From the NCBI GenBank assembly GCA_029261055.1, contig JAJDCA010000015.1, positions 83,998 through 147,997 of the forward strand: a DNA stretch of 64,000 bases, given 5' to 3'. The translations under genes were made by a program, and so were the position numbers. Positions 47,301 to 56,057 of this stretch are shown here, in pieces (the first letter of the stretch is position 1; every line of letters starts with the position of its first letter). The notes beneath the pieces were generated by a model. The model worked only from the letters and a program-made list of their open reading frames with translations, was not told the origin of the DNA and searched no databases. This DNA is from Candidatus Omnitrophota bacterium (lineage in GTDB: Bacteria; Omnitrophota; Gorgyraeia; Zapsychrales; Zapsychraceae).

Positions 47301-48875
47301 GCCGGCGCTGAAAGTCGTCGTCCGTTAGGGGTTGCCGCCGTTGGAGGTATTGCTTTAGGCACATTTTTAACCCTGTTTGTTGTTCCCGTGGTGTATGTGT
47401 TATTGAATAGAACAAGGAAAGACAAGCTGCGATTAAAAAAACAGACAGTGGCAGCATTATCTGTCATTACAATTTTACCGATGCTATTGACCGGATGTTC
47501 CCCAATTTTAGGAGAAGACTATGTCCGTCCTGATGTAACCTTACCGGTGGATTGGGAATACCGGAGGGAGTATGAAAACTGGAAAGCCGCTACGCCCATA
47601 GATCATCATACTAAAGGACAATGGTGGGAAATTTTTGAAGATGATACACTCAACTATTTACAAAAACAAGCTTTAACGCATAACCATAATTTAAAAAGTG
47701 CCATGGCAAGCGTGCGTCAAGCGCGTGCGCTGGCTCGGATGGATAAGGCTGGGTTTTATCCAACGATTGAAAGTAATCCTGCGTTTGAACGTTCCCGTAC
47801 AACCAAAAACAGTTTTACTTCAACCTCGGCAGGTATAAGTAGTTTTACTTCCGAGCGTTATGAAATTCCGTTTGATTTTAGTTACGAATTGGATTTGTGG
47901 GGGCGTGTTCAACGGGCCTTTGAAGCAGGTGTGGCTCGCGCTGAAGGGACATTGGCGCAATATTACACCGTTATGTTGACGTTAAATGCAGATGTGGCAC
48001 GTCATTATTTTGACTTACGCGAGTTAGAGAAAGAAGTCAAAATTATTGATGAGACCATTAAACTCAGAGAGTATGCCGTTAATGTGGTCGACGAACGCGT
48101 CCAAGGAGGATTAACCAGCGAGTTGGATTTCAATCGCGCTAAAACCGAATTAGCCAAAGTCAAAACGGAACGTATTGATGTGCTGCGCCGCCGGCTGGAA
48201 ACTGAAAATGCATTAGCGGTGTTATGCGGTCAGCTTCCATCGGAATTCTCTTTGGATTTTACAGCCCCGATTATTGATGTTCCGGAAATTCCATTATATA
48301 TCCCATCGGAATTACTTGAGCGACGTCCGGATATTGCCGAAGCAGAACGTAAAGTAGAAGAAGCCAATGCCCAAATCGGTGTCGCTGAGGGGGCTATGTT
48401 TCCTAGAATCAGTTTAACGGCGACGGGAGGTCTTAAGAGCATTGAGATTGATTCGCTATGGGATTTGGAAAGCCGATTTTGGTCGTTAGGGCCGAACATA
48501 TCTATTCCTTTATTTACCGGTGGTAGAGGCAGGGCCAATGTGTGGGCTGTCGAAGCTAAATATGATCAAACGGTTGAAGATTACCGCCAAACAGTTTTAA
48601 CCGCTATTGAAGAAGTTGAAACATCTTTATCTAATGTAAAAATGTTTGGCCAGCAAGGAGTGTCCCAGGAGGAAGTCCTAAAATCGTCCCGCCAAACCGC
48701 AGAACTATCTATCTTTCGTTATAAAGAAGGATTGGTTACATTTTTGGAAGTTATTGATTCTGAGCGCTCCCGATTAGATGCGGAATTGCAAGCTGCACGG
48801 ATATTGAATCAACAGTTGATAGCGACAGTTCACCTGATTAAAGCCCTCGGAGGCAGCTGGAAGGCTAGTCATTAA
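44325..48875 (+). CDS. AcrB-type RND permease fused to a NodT/OprM-type outer-membrane factor
   Basis: aa 1 to ~1025 RND (GLVVDDAIVVLEN, KNGILLVD, RFRPILMT); internal LTGC at aa 1055-1058; OMF (WWEIFED, ELDLWGR, PSELLERRPDI, ALGGSW). Confidence 0.88.
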   Translation: MKLSEISIKRPVLATMMNLLLILFGVVGLSRLPVRELPDIDPPIVNVQTVYPGASAQVIETQVTEPLEDALTSVEGIKKITSENREQLSSITIEFNLSEDVNVAAQDVRDRVARVRGRLPDDIDEPIVSKQDADASPSIWVALFSERFSTLELTTIAENLFKDRLQTVPGVSSVILGGSKRFAIRIRLDSKKMAARGLSVLDVDRALTEQSVELPSGRIESLQRELSIETRGQLKNPDEYNNLVIRREGDDLVRLKDIGFAEIGVEDERSIARYNGKPAVGIGVIKQSKANIIDVATALKVELERIQPMIPEGINYNIPYDESIYIEKSIKEVWITLAIAFILVIGVIYIFLHNVRSTLIPSITIPISIIATFGILYFFGYSINIVTMLAFVLAIGLVVDDAIVVLENIHRHIEEGLSPFQASLLGMKEIGFAVIATTVALVAVFLPMAFQTSDTGRLFIEFAVAISFSVIISTFVALTLAPMMCARVLKPHHENQRQSFLLKFEQWLYRRRKGYLKMLGFTFRHMSIVFGICVLAVAGAFYFYLNLESEFLPEEDKGRLFCIVLAPEGSTSEYTDRMVRKMEAIIQSTPEVDGFFTAVALARGGPGQAAQGLSFIRLKEKRDRHVRDIVGGPTGFRSQFFTTIEGSLVIPIIPKAIGGGFSQPYQLVLQHQDLHELNRIAEEFSNTLRQEGFLLNVRSTFELNKPELRVHINRNRAAVLGVSVQDISRVLQILFGGLDLAKVNLEGKEYDVIVQLERASRLSPSDLEKIYIRNNNGQLIQLNNVIDYETGGGPSAINHFNRLRSATIEATPLDIPLGTAIERTEKLLKESNIQGLRYEWNGEALDLKESGSETVFVILLAILIIYMVLAAQFESLKDPLVIMFTLPLAVFGALGSLWLLAYVDRMAVSGVSFLPRIPAMGINLFSQIGIIMLIGIITKNGILLVDFANQEMAKGQDAMRAMLGAGKMRFRPILMTAFSTIAGILPIAIGFGAGAESRRPLGVAAVGGIALGTFLTLFVVPVVYVLLNRTRKDKLRLKKQTVAALSVITILPMLLTGCSPILGEDYVRPDVTLPVDWEYRREYENWKAATPIDHHTKGQWWEIFEDDTLNYLQKQALTHNHNLKSAMASVRQARALARMDKAGFYPTIESNPAFERSRTTKNSFTSTSAGISSFTSERYEIPFDFSYELDLWGRVQRAFEAGVARAEGTLAQYYTVMLTLNADVARHYFDLRELEKEVKIIDETIKLREYAVNVVDERVQGGLTSELDFNRAKTELAKVKTERIDVLRRRLETENALAVLCGQLPSEFSLDFTAPIIDVPEIPLYIPSELLERRPDIAEAERKVEEANAQIGVAEGAMFPRISLTATGGLKSIEIDSLWDLESRFWSLGPNISIPLFTGGRGRANVWAVEAKYDQTVEDYRQTVLTAIEEVETSLSNVKMFGQQGVSQEEVLKSSRQTAELSIFRYKEGLVTFLEVIDSERSRLDAELQAARILNQQLIATVHLIKALGGSWKASH

Positions 48876-48950
48876 CGAGAACGGAGCAGATAACATTAGT
48901 AAAGATTAGCAAACAACAGTCGCATTCCATTCCATTTTTACAAAAAAAAT

Positions 48951-48977
48951 TGTAAGATTTCCCTCTCAATCCCGACT
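48951..48977 (+). promoter_or_regulatory. Candidate ECF-sigma promoter TGTAAG-N16-CGACT
   Basis: Same motif and spacing as 15761 and 21162. Confidence 0.5.
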
Positions 48978-49093
48978 AACCTCTTAATGGAACGCATAAA
49001 CAAGATCTTGTTAGTATCTACATGTTTTATGCAGGTTGCAGAATAATTATTAATATTTATAATATATAACTTTATTGTCATGAAGGAGTTATT

Positions 49094-49426
49094 TTGAAGA
49101 AAATTGTCTCCATATTCCACAAAGAAACGGGTGAGCTCATTGCGGAAGGTCCTCTTGGCTGGGGAATTATGCCTTTTGAAGGGAATTATTACATTCAAAA
49201 GAGGTATTTAAAAACAAAAGGATTTAAAAATACTTGGTTTCCCGGTCTGTGTATTTATAAATTTTTTTATGTTTGGTTAAATTTTCAAAGAAAAGATGGG
49301 GACGTGGATAAAATGCTTGGATGGCTTTATTTTTTACCGAACCCTTTGTTTCCGTTTATTTGGTTTAGGGTAGCTTTGCCGGGACATCATGAGGCATTAA
49401 GAATTGACGTTACAGAAATTATATAA
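49094..49426 (+). CDS. Small protein, distantly DUF427-like
   Basis: RBS aaggag with TTG start; EGNYY...C.YK...W.Y..P spacing resembles DUF427. Confidence 0.55.
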   Translation: MKKIVSIFHKETGELIAEGPLGWGIMPFEGNYYIQKRYLKTKGFKNTWFPGLCIYKFFYVWLNFQRKDGDVDKMLGWLYFLPNPLFPFIWFRVALPGHHEALRIDVTEII

Positions 49427-49447
49427 ACCGTAAAAATAGGAGAAAAA

Positions 49448-50293
49448 ATGTCGCAGACTAAAGAAGTTCAATTTTCAGATTTAGATTTATCTTTATGGGA
49501 AGCCTCCCGGGATACCATTCATCAGTATGCTAAATTGTTAGGCAAAATTCGAGCCGCGTTAACCCCAAAACAAAAACATTGGTGGAATGTTAGTTTGCGC
49601 GCATCAGCGGTAGGATTTACGACCACACCGATTGCTATTTTTGATCAAAACAAATCCATTGAATTAGAGTTAAATTGTGTGAAACATAAAATTGTGATTA
49701 GTTCATCTAATGGGGAAAAGCAGTGTATTGATCTTGAAGGACAGTCGATTAAGAAAATGTATGAAAATGTTTTATCCATTTTGGCCGATATGAAGGTGCA
49801 ACCAAAACTTGATGAAAGCTTATTTTCAGGTGAGGAAAATTTGCAATATGATCGCACACGCATTGAATCATTTTGGAAATCTTTCGCCCAGATAGATCTT
49901 ATTTTTAAAGAATTTAAAGGCGGGTTACGACAAGAAACAAGTCCTGTCCAGTTATGGCCGCATCATTTTGATTTAGCATTTTTATGGTTTTCAGGTAATC
50001 TTGTACCCGATCAAGATCCAAATAATGAAGAGTATGCGGATGAACAAATGAATTTTGGTTTTTCAACGGGGGATGAAAGTATTAATGAGCCATATTTTTA
50101 TATTACAGCCTATCCCTTGCCGGAACTCCTCCCTAAAATTGCATTACCTCAAGGCGCTTATTGGGAGACAAAAGCATTTAATGGGGCGATTCTTAAATAC
50201 AAAGAACTAACCCAATCAACTAACCCACGAAATACGCTCATCAATTTTCTAAAAGCAGTACAGGATGCGGGTTCAGAGTTTATGTTAAAGTAA
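49448..50293 (+). CDS. DUF5996-like protein
   Basis: LGKIR..L.P...HWW, SPVQLWPHHFDLA, GFSTGD, EPYFY..AYP.P. Confidence 0.75.
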   Translation: MSQTKEVQFSDLDLSLWEASRDTIHQYAKLLGKIRAALTPKQKHWWNVSLRASAVGFTTTPIAIFDQNKSIELELNCVKHKIVISSSNGEKQCIDLEGQSIKKMYENVLSILADMKVQPKLDESLFSGEENLQYDRTRIESFWKSFAQIDLIFKEFKGGLRQETSPVQLWPHHFDLAFLWFSGNLVPDQDPNNEEYADEQMNFGFSTGDESINEPYFYITAYPLPELLPKIALPQGAYWETKAFNGAILKYKELTQSTNPRNTLINFLKAVQDAGSEFMLK

Positions 50294-50395
50294 TACCAAT
50301 TCCATTAAATAATGACCATAATCTATTCGGCTTTTCTCGAACGTTTCTACGAGAATAGCCACTACCAAAAGGGGAATTATTTAATGGAATTGGTA
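50294..50395. mobile_element. MITE family A, copy 2
   Basis: Perfect 20-bp TIR taccaattccattaaataat, flanked by direct repeat TAA (the upstream gene's stop codon). Confidence 0.8.
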
Positions 50396-50421
50396 TAAAA
50401 AATCTTAAACAAAGGATAATT

Positions 50422-52392
50422 ATGAGCAAAGACACTAAAAAGATAGTTTGGCATAAAGCTCTTGAAAAAGATGAGTTTCCTGAAGGTCGAGTAAAATCAA
50501 TTACTTTGGGGCATGTAACCGTGGCCCTTACGCATTTTGAGGGAAAGTATGGGGCGCTTAATAATAAATGTCCTCATCAAGGTGGGCCTTTGGGTGAAGG
50601 GTCGATTGAGAATGGTCTTTTGCGATGTCCGTGGCATGGATGGGATTTTTGTCCGCATAGTGGAAATACACCGGGATATGATGATGGTGTTGATGCTTAT
50701 GCCGTCGAGGTGCGAGATGATGGTATTTATGTCGGTCTTGAAGAAGAAGCGCCGCATGTGACAACTGTTTCAGATGTGATGACCGAAACTATGACCAACT
50801 GGGGCGTTAAGCATGTTTTTGGAATTGTTGGGCATTCAAATTTAGGGTTGGCGGATGGATTGCGTATGCAGGCAGAAAAAGGAAATTTGAAGTTTTATGG
50901 CGTTCGTCATGAACTAGCCGCTGCATTTGCGGTATCGGCTTATGGAAAGTTGACAGGTCGTCCTGCGGCATGTCTTTCCATTGCAGGGCCGGGGGCAACG
51001 AATTTATTAACGGGTTTATGGGATGCCAATGTGGATCGTTCACCAGCGATTGCCTTAACTGGGCAAGTGGATACGCAAGTTGTAGGGGCTGGAGCTTTTC
51101 AGGAAGTTGATTTACAAGGGGCATTTGGAACAGTAGCGCAATGGGCGCAACCGGTTTTGCATTCGAGTAAACATGCCGAGTTGATGAATTTAGCCTGCAA
51201 GAGTTCTATTTTGAACCGAGGTGTTTCACATTTGATTTTTCCTGATAATGTTCAGCATATGCCAGCCCCTGAGGGAGAAACGGCCGGAGGCCCAGAGGGA
51301 AGAATTACTTCCGTGGCTATTCGTCCGCCGAAAGAATCTGTTGATAAAGCGGTCGCCTTATTATCAAAATCTGAGCGTCCAACGATTATTGTCGGACATG
51401 GTGCACGGTTTAATATGCCGGCGATTATTCAATTGGCCGAGAGCTTGAATTGTCCGGTGTTAACGACGTTTAAAGGCAAGGGATTGATCCCGGATAGTCA
51501 TCCGTTGGGTTGTGGTGTTTTAGGTAGAAGTGGAACGCCAATTGCCAGTTATTTTATGAATGAATCAGATTGTCTGTTAGTCTTTGGTTCCAGTTTCAGT
51601 AATCATACAGGAATCACGGATCACAAACCAACCATTCAAGTAGATTTTGATGCCATGACTTTAGGCAAGTTTCACAAAATTGATGTACCTGTCTGGGGAG
51701 AAATTGGAGAAACTGTCGAAGTTTTGCAAAACGAATTAAAAGGTAAAACAAAGACCAAAGACCGTCGTGAGGAAATTTCTGCGCGTTGGACCATTTGGCG
51801 CAAAGAAAAGAAAAGCCGGGAAGATGATGATTCTGGTAAGGGGATTAATTCCGCATCCATTTTTTCTGCCTTATCGAGGCATGTTTCTAAAGAGGCTATC
51901 ATGGCCGTTGATGTAGGGAATAATACTTATTCTTTTGGTCGATATTTTGAATGTGAAAACCAAGCTGTATTAATGTCTGGATATCTTGGTTCAATCGGGT
52001 TTTCCTTGCCGGCTGCCATGGGTGCCTGGGCGGCCACGCAAGAAGAGGATGCTCGATTCAAAGGAAGGCCGGTTGTGTCGATTTCCGGAGATGGTGGATT
52101 TGGGCAATGCATGGCGGATGTATCCACCGCCGTAAAATACAAAATGAATATTACGCATATTTTACTCAATAATCATGAATTAGGAAAAATCAGCAAAGAG
52201 CAGCGTGCCGCCAAATGGGATGTCTGGCAAACGTCGCTGGTGAATCCAAATTTTTCCGAGTATGTTACCTCTTATGGGGCATTAGGTATTCGCGTTGAGA
52301 AAAAGGAAGATTTGGATGACGCCATAACAAAGGCCTTGAATCATGAAGGCTTTAGTTTAGTCGAAATCATGTCGGATGCTTTATTAATGTAG
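50422..52392 (+). CDS. Rieske [2Fe-2S]-fused ThDP enzyme (pyruvate-oxidase-like)
   Basis: CPHQG..CPWHG Rieske motif; RHE, GPGATN, GDGG..NN. Confidence 0.88.
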   Translation: MSKDTKKIVWHKALEKDEFPEGRVKSITLGHVTVALTHFEGKYGALNNKCPHQGGPLGEGSIENGLLRCPWHGWDFCPHSGNTPGYDDGVDAYAVEVRDDGIYVGLEEEAPHVTTVSDVMTETMTNWGVKHVFGIVGHSNLGLADGLRMQAEKGNLKFYGVRHELAAAFAVSAYGKLTGRPAACLSIAGPGATNLLTGLWDANVDRSPAIALTGQVDTQVVGAGAFQEVDLQGAFGTVAQWAQPVLHSSKHAELMNLACKSSILNRGVSHLIFPDNVQHMPAPEGETAGGPEGRITSVAIRPPKESVDKAVALLSKSERPTIIVGHGARFNMPAIIQLAESLNCPVLTTFKGKGLIPDSHPLGCGVLGRSGTPIASYFMNESDCLLVFGSSFSNHTGITDHKPTIQVDFDAMTLGKFHKIDVPVWGEIGETVEVLQNELKGKTKTKDRREEISARWTIWRKEKKSREDDDSGKGINSASIFSALSRHVSKEAIMAVDVGNNTYSFGRYFECENQAVLMSGYLGSIGFSLPAAMGAWAATQEEDARFKGRPVVSISGDGGFGQCMADVSTAVKYKMNITHILLNNHELGKISKEQRAAKWDVWQTSLVNPNFSEYVTSYGALGIRVEKKEDLDDAITKALNHEGFSLVEIMSDALLM

Positions 52393-52404
52393 AAGGAGGA
52401 TTCA

Positions 52405-52800
52405 ATGGGCACTTTAGGGGCATACTTTGCACCATTATTATTAATTAATGGCGTAGGATTGATTTTATTATCAACGGCATCGCGGTACATGAATGTTAAA
52501 GCCGAAATTCAAAAATTAACACCGGAAGATTGTGCTAAGAAAAAAGAAGAGTTAGGTCGTGAAATAAAGCGAGCTCACCTTTTTCATCGAGCCATGGTAG
52601 GACTTTATTTAAGCATCGGTTTTTTCTCTTCGTCAGCCTTAATCGGGACGTTAATAAAAAATTATCCCCAAGTGGCTGACTTTATATTAAACTCTTTTAC
52701 AATTGCTGGCGTGGCTTGCACTGTTTTTGCGTCATTTCAGTTGATTGTGGAGTCTTTTTTAACGATGGAAATTGTCAAGAAACATGCTGATAAAAAATAG
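52405..52800 (+). CDS. DUF2721-like membrane protein
   Basis: P..L..GVG.ILL....RY pattern; 3 TM helices. Confidence 0.6.
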   Translation: MGTLGAYFAPLLLINGVGLILLSTASRYMNVKAEIQKLTPEDCAKKKEELGREIKRAHLFHRAMVGLYLSIGFFSSSALIGTLIKNYPQVADFILNSFTIAGVACTVFASFQLIVESFLTMEIVKKHADKK

Positions 52801-52811
52801 AAGGGGGAATA

Positions 52812-53162
52812 ATGGAGCATAATATGTTTAAAGGAATTTTTGAATCCGCTTCTGTGGTGATTGATATTGCAGGGGTTTCTATTTTGATTTGGGGGTTTGT
52901 TTTAGCTTTTATTAGTTTGATCAAATGGGAAATATCCAAATTTGTTGGCAAGAAAACCCTGGAAGGAGCTCAGAAAATTAGATGTGTTTTGGGAACTTAC
53001 ATTTTAATCGGGCTCGAATTTATGATTATTTCCGACATCATCCAAACCGTCATCAGTCATTCTAAAGATGATTTGATGTTTCTTGGCGTCATAGTGTTCT
53101 TAAGAACAACCATTGGATTTTTCCTGGGTAAAGAGTTGGAACAAATTAAAAGTGAAAAATAA
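52812..53162 (+). CDS. DUF1622 family membrane protein
   Basis: R..LG.YILIGLEFMIISDIIQT, IVFLRT..G.FL..E. Confidence 0.8.
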   Translation: MEHNMFKGIFESASVVIDIAGVSILIWGFVLAFISLIKWEISKFVGKKTLEGAQKIRCVLGTYILIGLEFMIISDIIQTVISHSKDDLMFLGVIVFLRTTIGFFLGKELEQIKSEK

Positions 53163-53173
53163 AAGGGGATGTT

Positions 53174-54784
53174 ATGAAAAAAATTAGTATTGCGAAATTT
53201 TCGGAGCTTGAAGATAAAAAACCGGCGTATGCTTTAGTCGCCAATGTTGATTTGGTCATTATTAAATATGATGACAATGTTTCTGTATTGTATGGACGGT
53301 GCGCCCATCGTGGGGCTTTGATGTCGGATGGAACAATTCAGGGTAATGATATTATTTGTGGTGTGCATGGATGGGATTACAAGTTTGATACAGGGGTGAG
53401 TGCGTACAATAATGAAGAGAAGCTTCCGAAATTTAATGCCTGGATTGAAAATGGTGATGTACTTGTGGATGAAGATGAAATTGCGGCTTGGGAAGAAAAG
53501 AATCCACAGGCTTACAATCGTGATGCCTATCAAGGGCTTTACAAAGATTTACACGGCGGGCCAGAAGAGCCGCATTACAAATTTATTCAGCAATTAGCCA
53601 AAGATGGATTGTCTAAGTTTGGTCATCATGGTCCGGCCTCGGCCATGGGGGTAGCTCGTCAAGAGTTGCCGCAATGGGATGATATTCAATTTTTGACGGC
53701 GCAGTTAGCTACCTTACCACAGCTGGATGATGTTGCAGTAGGATCTGAGATTGTTATTGGTCCTAAGGCGAAAAAGCCGTTAACATTGAAGATTCCATTG
53801 TTTGTTTCCGATATGAGTTTTGGAGCTTTATCTGAAGAGGCCAAGATAGCTTTAGCTAAAGGGGCTGAGATAGCCGGCACAGGTATTTGCAGTGGAGAAG
53901 GGGGGATGCTTCCCGAGGAACAAGCTGCCAATGCGCGTTATTTTTATGAATTAGCCTCAGGCCGGTTTGGGTATTCTATTGATAAAGTCAAAAAATGTCA
54001 GGCCTTTCATTTTAAAGGAGGGCAAGGAGCTAAGACGGGAACCGGCGGACATTTGCCAGGTTCAAAAGTGAAGGGAAAAATCGCCAAAGTTAGAGGGCTG
54101 AATGAAGGCGAAGCGGCTATTTCACCGCCACGGTTTCCTGACTGGGATGATATCAAATATCTTAAAGAGTTTGCCGTTATGATCAAAGAAGAAACCGGCG
54201 GTATTCCAGTAGGTTACAAATTGTCCGCACAGCATATTGAGAAAGATATTGATGCCGCATTGGATATCGGCTGTGATTACATTATTCTTGATGGTCGCGG
54301 TGGTGGGACAGGCGCCGCGCCATTGATTTTCCGCGACAATATTTCTGTACCGACCATTCCTGCTTTAGCCCGGGCCAGAAAACATTTAGACAAAACGGAT
54401 AAAAATGTTACCCTAATCATCACCGGAGGCTTGCGTGTTCCGGCTGATTTTGCCAAGGCATTAGCGTTAGGAGCGGATGCGATCGCGGTATCCAATTCGG
54501 CTATTCAAGCGATTGGATGTTTAGGGATGCGGGCGTGTCACACGAATAATTGTCCTGTGGGTATTGCGACACAAAAAGAAGATTTAAGAAAACGGATTAT
54601 GATTGACGAGTCAGCCAAACGGTTGGCTAATTTTTTTAATGCGTCCGTTGATTTAATGAAAGTTTTAGCCCGAGCCTGTGGGTATACCGATTTTAATCAG
54701 TTTAATAGTGAAAACTTGACAACGTTTAAAAGGGATATGGCTTATCTGACAGGGGTTAATTACGGTGGGGTTGTTTCTGTCTAA
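53174..54784 (+). CDS. Rieske-fused FMN-binding glutamate synthase family protein
   Basis: CAHRG..CGVHG; DMSFGALS, GQGAKTGTGG, CLGMRACHTNNCPVG. Confidence 0.9.
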   Translation: MKKISIAKFSELEDKKPAYALVANVDLVIIKYDDNVSVLYGRCAHRGALMSDGTIQGNDIICGVHGWDYKFDTGVSAYNNEEKLPKFNAWIENGDVLVDEDEIAAWEEKNPQAYNRDAYQGLYKDLHGGPEEPHYKFIQQLAKDGLSKFGHHGPASAMGVARQELPQWDDIQFLTAQLATLPQLDDVAVGSEIVIGPKAKKPLTLKIPLFVSDMSFGALSEEAKIALAKGAEIAGTGICSGEGGMLPEEQAANARYFYELASGRFGYSIDKVKKCQAFHFKGGQGAKTGTGGHLPGSKVKGKIAKVRGLNEGEAAISPPRFPDWDDIKYLKEFAVMIKEETGGIPVGYKLSAQHIEKDIDAALDIGCDYIILDGRGGGTGAAPLIFRDNISVPTIPALARARKHLDKTDKNVTLIITGGLRVPADFAKALALGADAIAVSNSAIQAIGCLGMRACHTNNCPVGIATQKEDLRKRIMIDESAKRLANFFNASVDLMKVLARACGYTDFNQFNSENLTTFKRDMAYLTGVNYGGVVSV

Positions 54785-54794
54785 AGGAGGAGGT

Positions 54795-56057
54795 ATGAAG
54801 GTAGAGATGAAAGAAAGAACGATTGTTGATCAGTATTTAAAAGTGCGTCGATTCAGTGAGAGTTTATCGGCACATTTAGAGCCTGAAGATTGTGTGATAC
54901 AAACCATGCCGGATATCAGTCCGACCAAATGGCATTTGGCCCATACGACTTGGTTGTTTGAAACTTTTATTCTCAAGGCAAAGGTGCCTAATTATCAACC
55001 CTTTCATCCACAGTATGAATATCTTTTTAATTCTTATTACAACAGCGTCGGAAGGCAGTTTTTTCGACCGCATCGCGGGCATTTGTCACGTCCAACAGTG
55101 GCTGAGGTCAATAAATATCGACAGGCCATTGATCAACGCATGGTAGAGCTTCTTCAAAATTGTAAAGAAGAGGATCAGCCTGAAGCGCGATCACTTGTTG
55201 AATTAGGATTGCATCATGAACAACAGCATCAAGAGTTGATGGTGACGGATATTAAACATGTTTTTTCCTGCAATCCATTGCATCCGGTGTATTGGAATTG
55301 CCCTGTGCTTTATGCCGATGCCACGCCGGCCTTAACCTTTAAGTCTTTTGAAAAAGATGTTTATTGGATAGGGCATGAAGGAGAAGGGTTTGGGTATGAC
55401 AATGAGTTTCCTCGGCATGAAAAGCTTGTTCATGGATTTAAAATCGGATCACGTTTGATTACCAATGCGGAGTACATGGAATTTATCAATGATGGGGGTT
55501 ACACAAAGTCTGAATTTTGGTTGTCTGATGCCTGGGCTATGGTCAATCAACAGCAATGGACCGCTCCATTGTATTGGCAGAAAGAGGGCGAAGAGTGGTT
55601 TTATTTCACTTTGAATGGTTATGTGAAGGTGAACCCCTACACGCCGGTGTGTCATGTTAGTTTTTATGAAGCTGATGCTTATGCCCGCTGGGCGGGTAAA
55701 CGACTTCCGACGGAAGAAGAATGGGAAATTGCGTTTCGGGATGATCCGATCGAAGGTAATTTTGTTGAATCGCAATGTTTTTCACCGCTTGCGTTAAATA
55801 GTCAGGATATCAAAAAAACACAGGCGTATGGAGATGTATGGGAGTGGACGGGATCACCGTATGTCGGTTATCCAGGTTACAAAGCGGCCGCAGGGGCCAT
55901 TGGGGAATACAATGGAAAGTTCATGAACAATCAAAGGGTATTAAAAGGCGGGTCGTGTGCCACTTCGCAATCGCATATGCGTCCAACCTATCGAAATTTT
56001 TTCTTCCCTGAGCAAAGATGGCAATTTATGGGAATCAGATTAGCAGAGGATTTATGA
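54795..56057 (+). CDS. egtB: Ergothioneine sulfoxide synthase
   Basis: SPTKWHLAH, FNSYY, HHEQQHQE; FGE-sulfatase C-domain RLPTEEEWE, YRNFF. Start re-called after aggaggagg. Confidence 0.9.
   Translation: MKVEMKERTIVDQYLKVRRFSESLSAHLEPEDCVIQTMPDISPTKWHLAHTTWLFETFILKAKVPNYQPFHPQYEYLFNSYYNSVGRQFFRPHRGHLSRPTVAEVNKYRQAIDQRMVELLQNCKEEDQPEARSLVELGLHHEQQHQELMVTDIKHVFSCNPLHPVYWNCPVLYADATPALTFKSFEKDVYWIGHEGEGFGYDNEFPRHEKLVHGFKIGSRLITNAEYMEFINDGGYTKSEFWLSDAWAMVNQQQWTAPLYWQKEGEEWFYFTLNGYVKVNPYTPVCHVSFYEADAYARWAGKRLPTEEEWEIAFRDDPIEGNFVESQCFSPLALNSQDIKKTQAYGDVWEWTGSPYVGYPGYKAAAGAIGEYNGKFMNNQRVLKGGSCATSQSHMRPTYRNFFFPEQRWQFMGIRLAEDL

Noticed and set aside
48999-49012. 14-bp perfect palindrome aacaagatcttgtt
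   Set aside because: Single occurrence with no assignable regulator; could be an operator but is unsupported.
48938-49198. 86-aa minus-strand ORF
   Set aside because: Antisense to the better-supported 49094..49426 gene and spans AT-rich promoter DNA.
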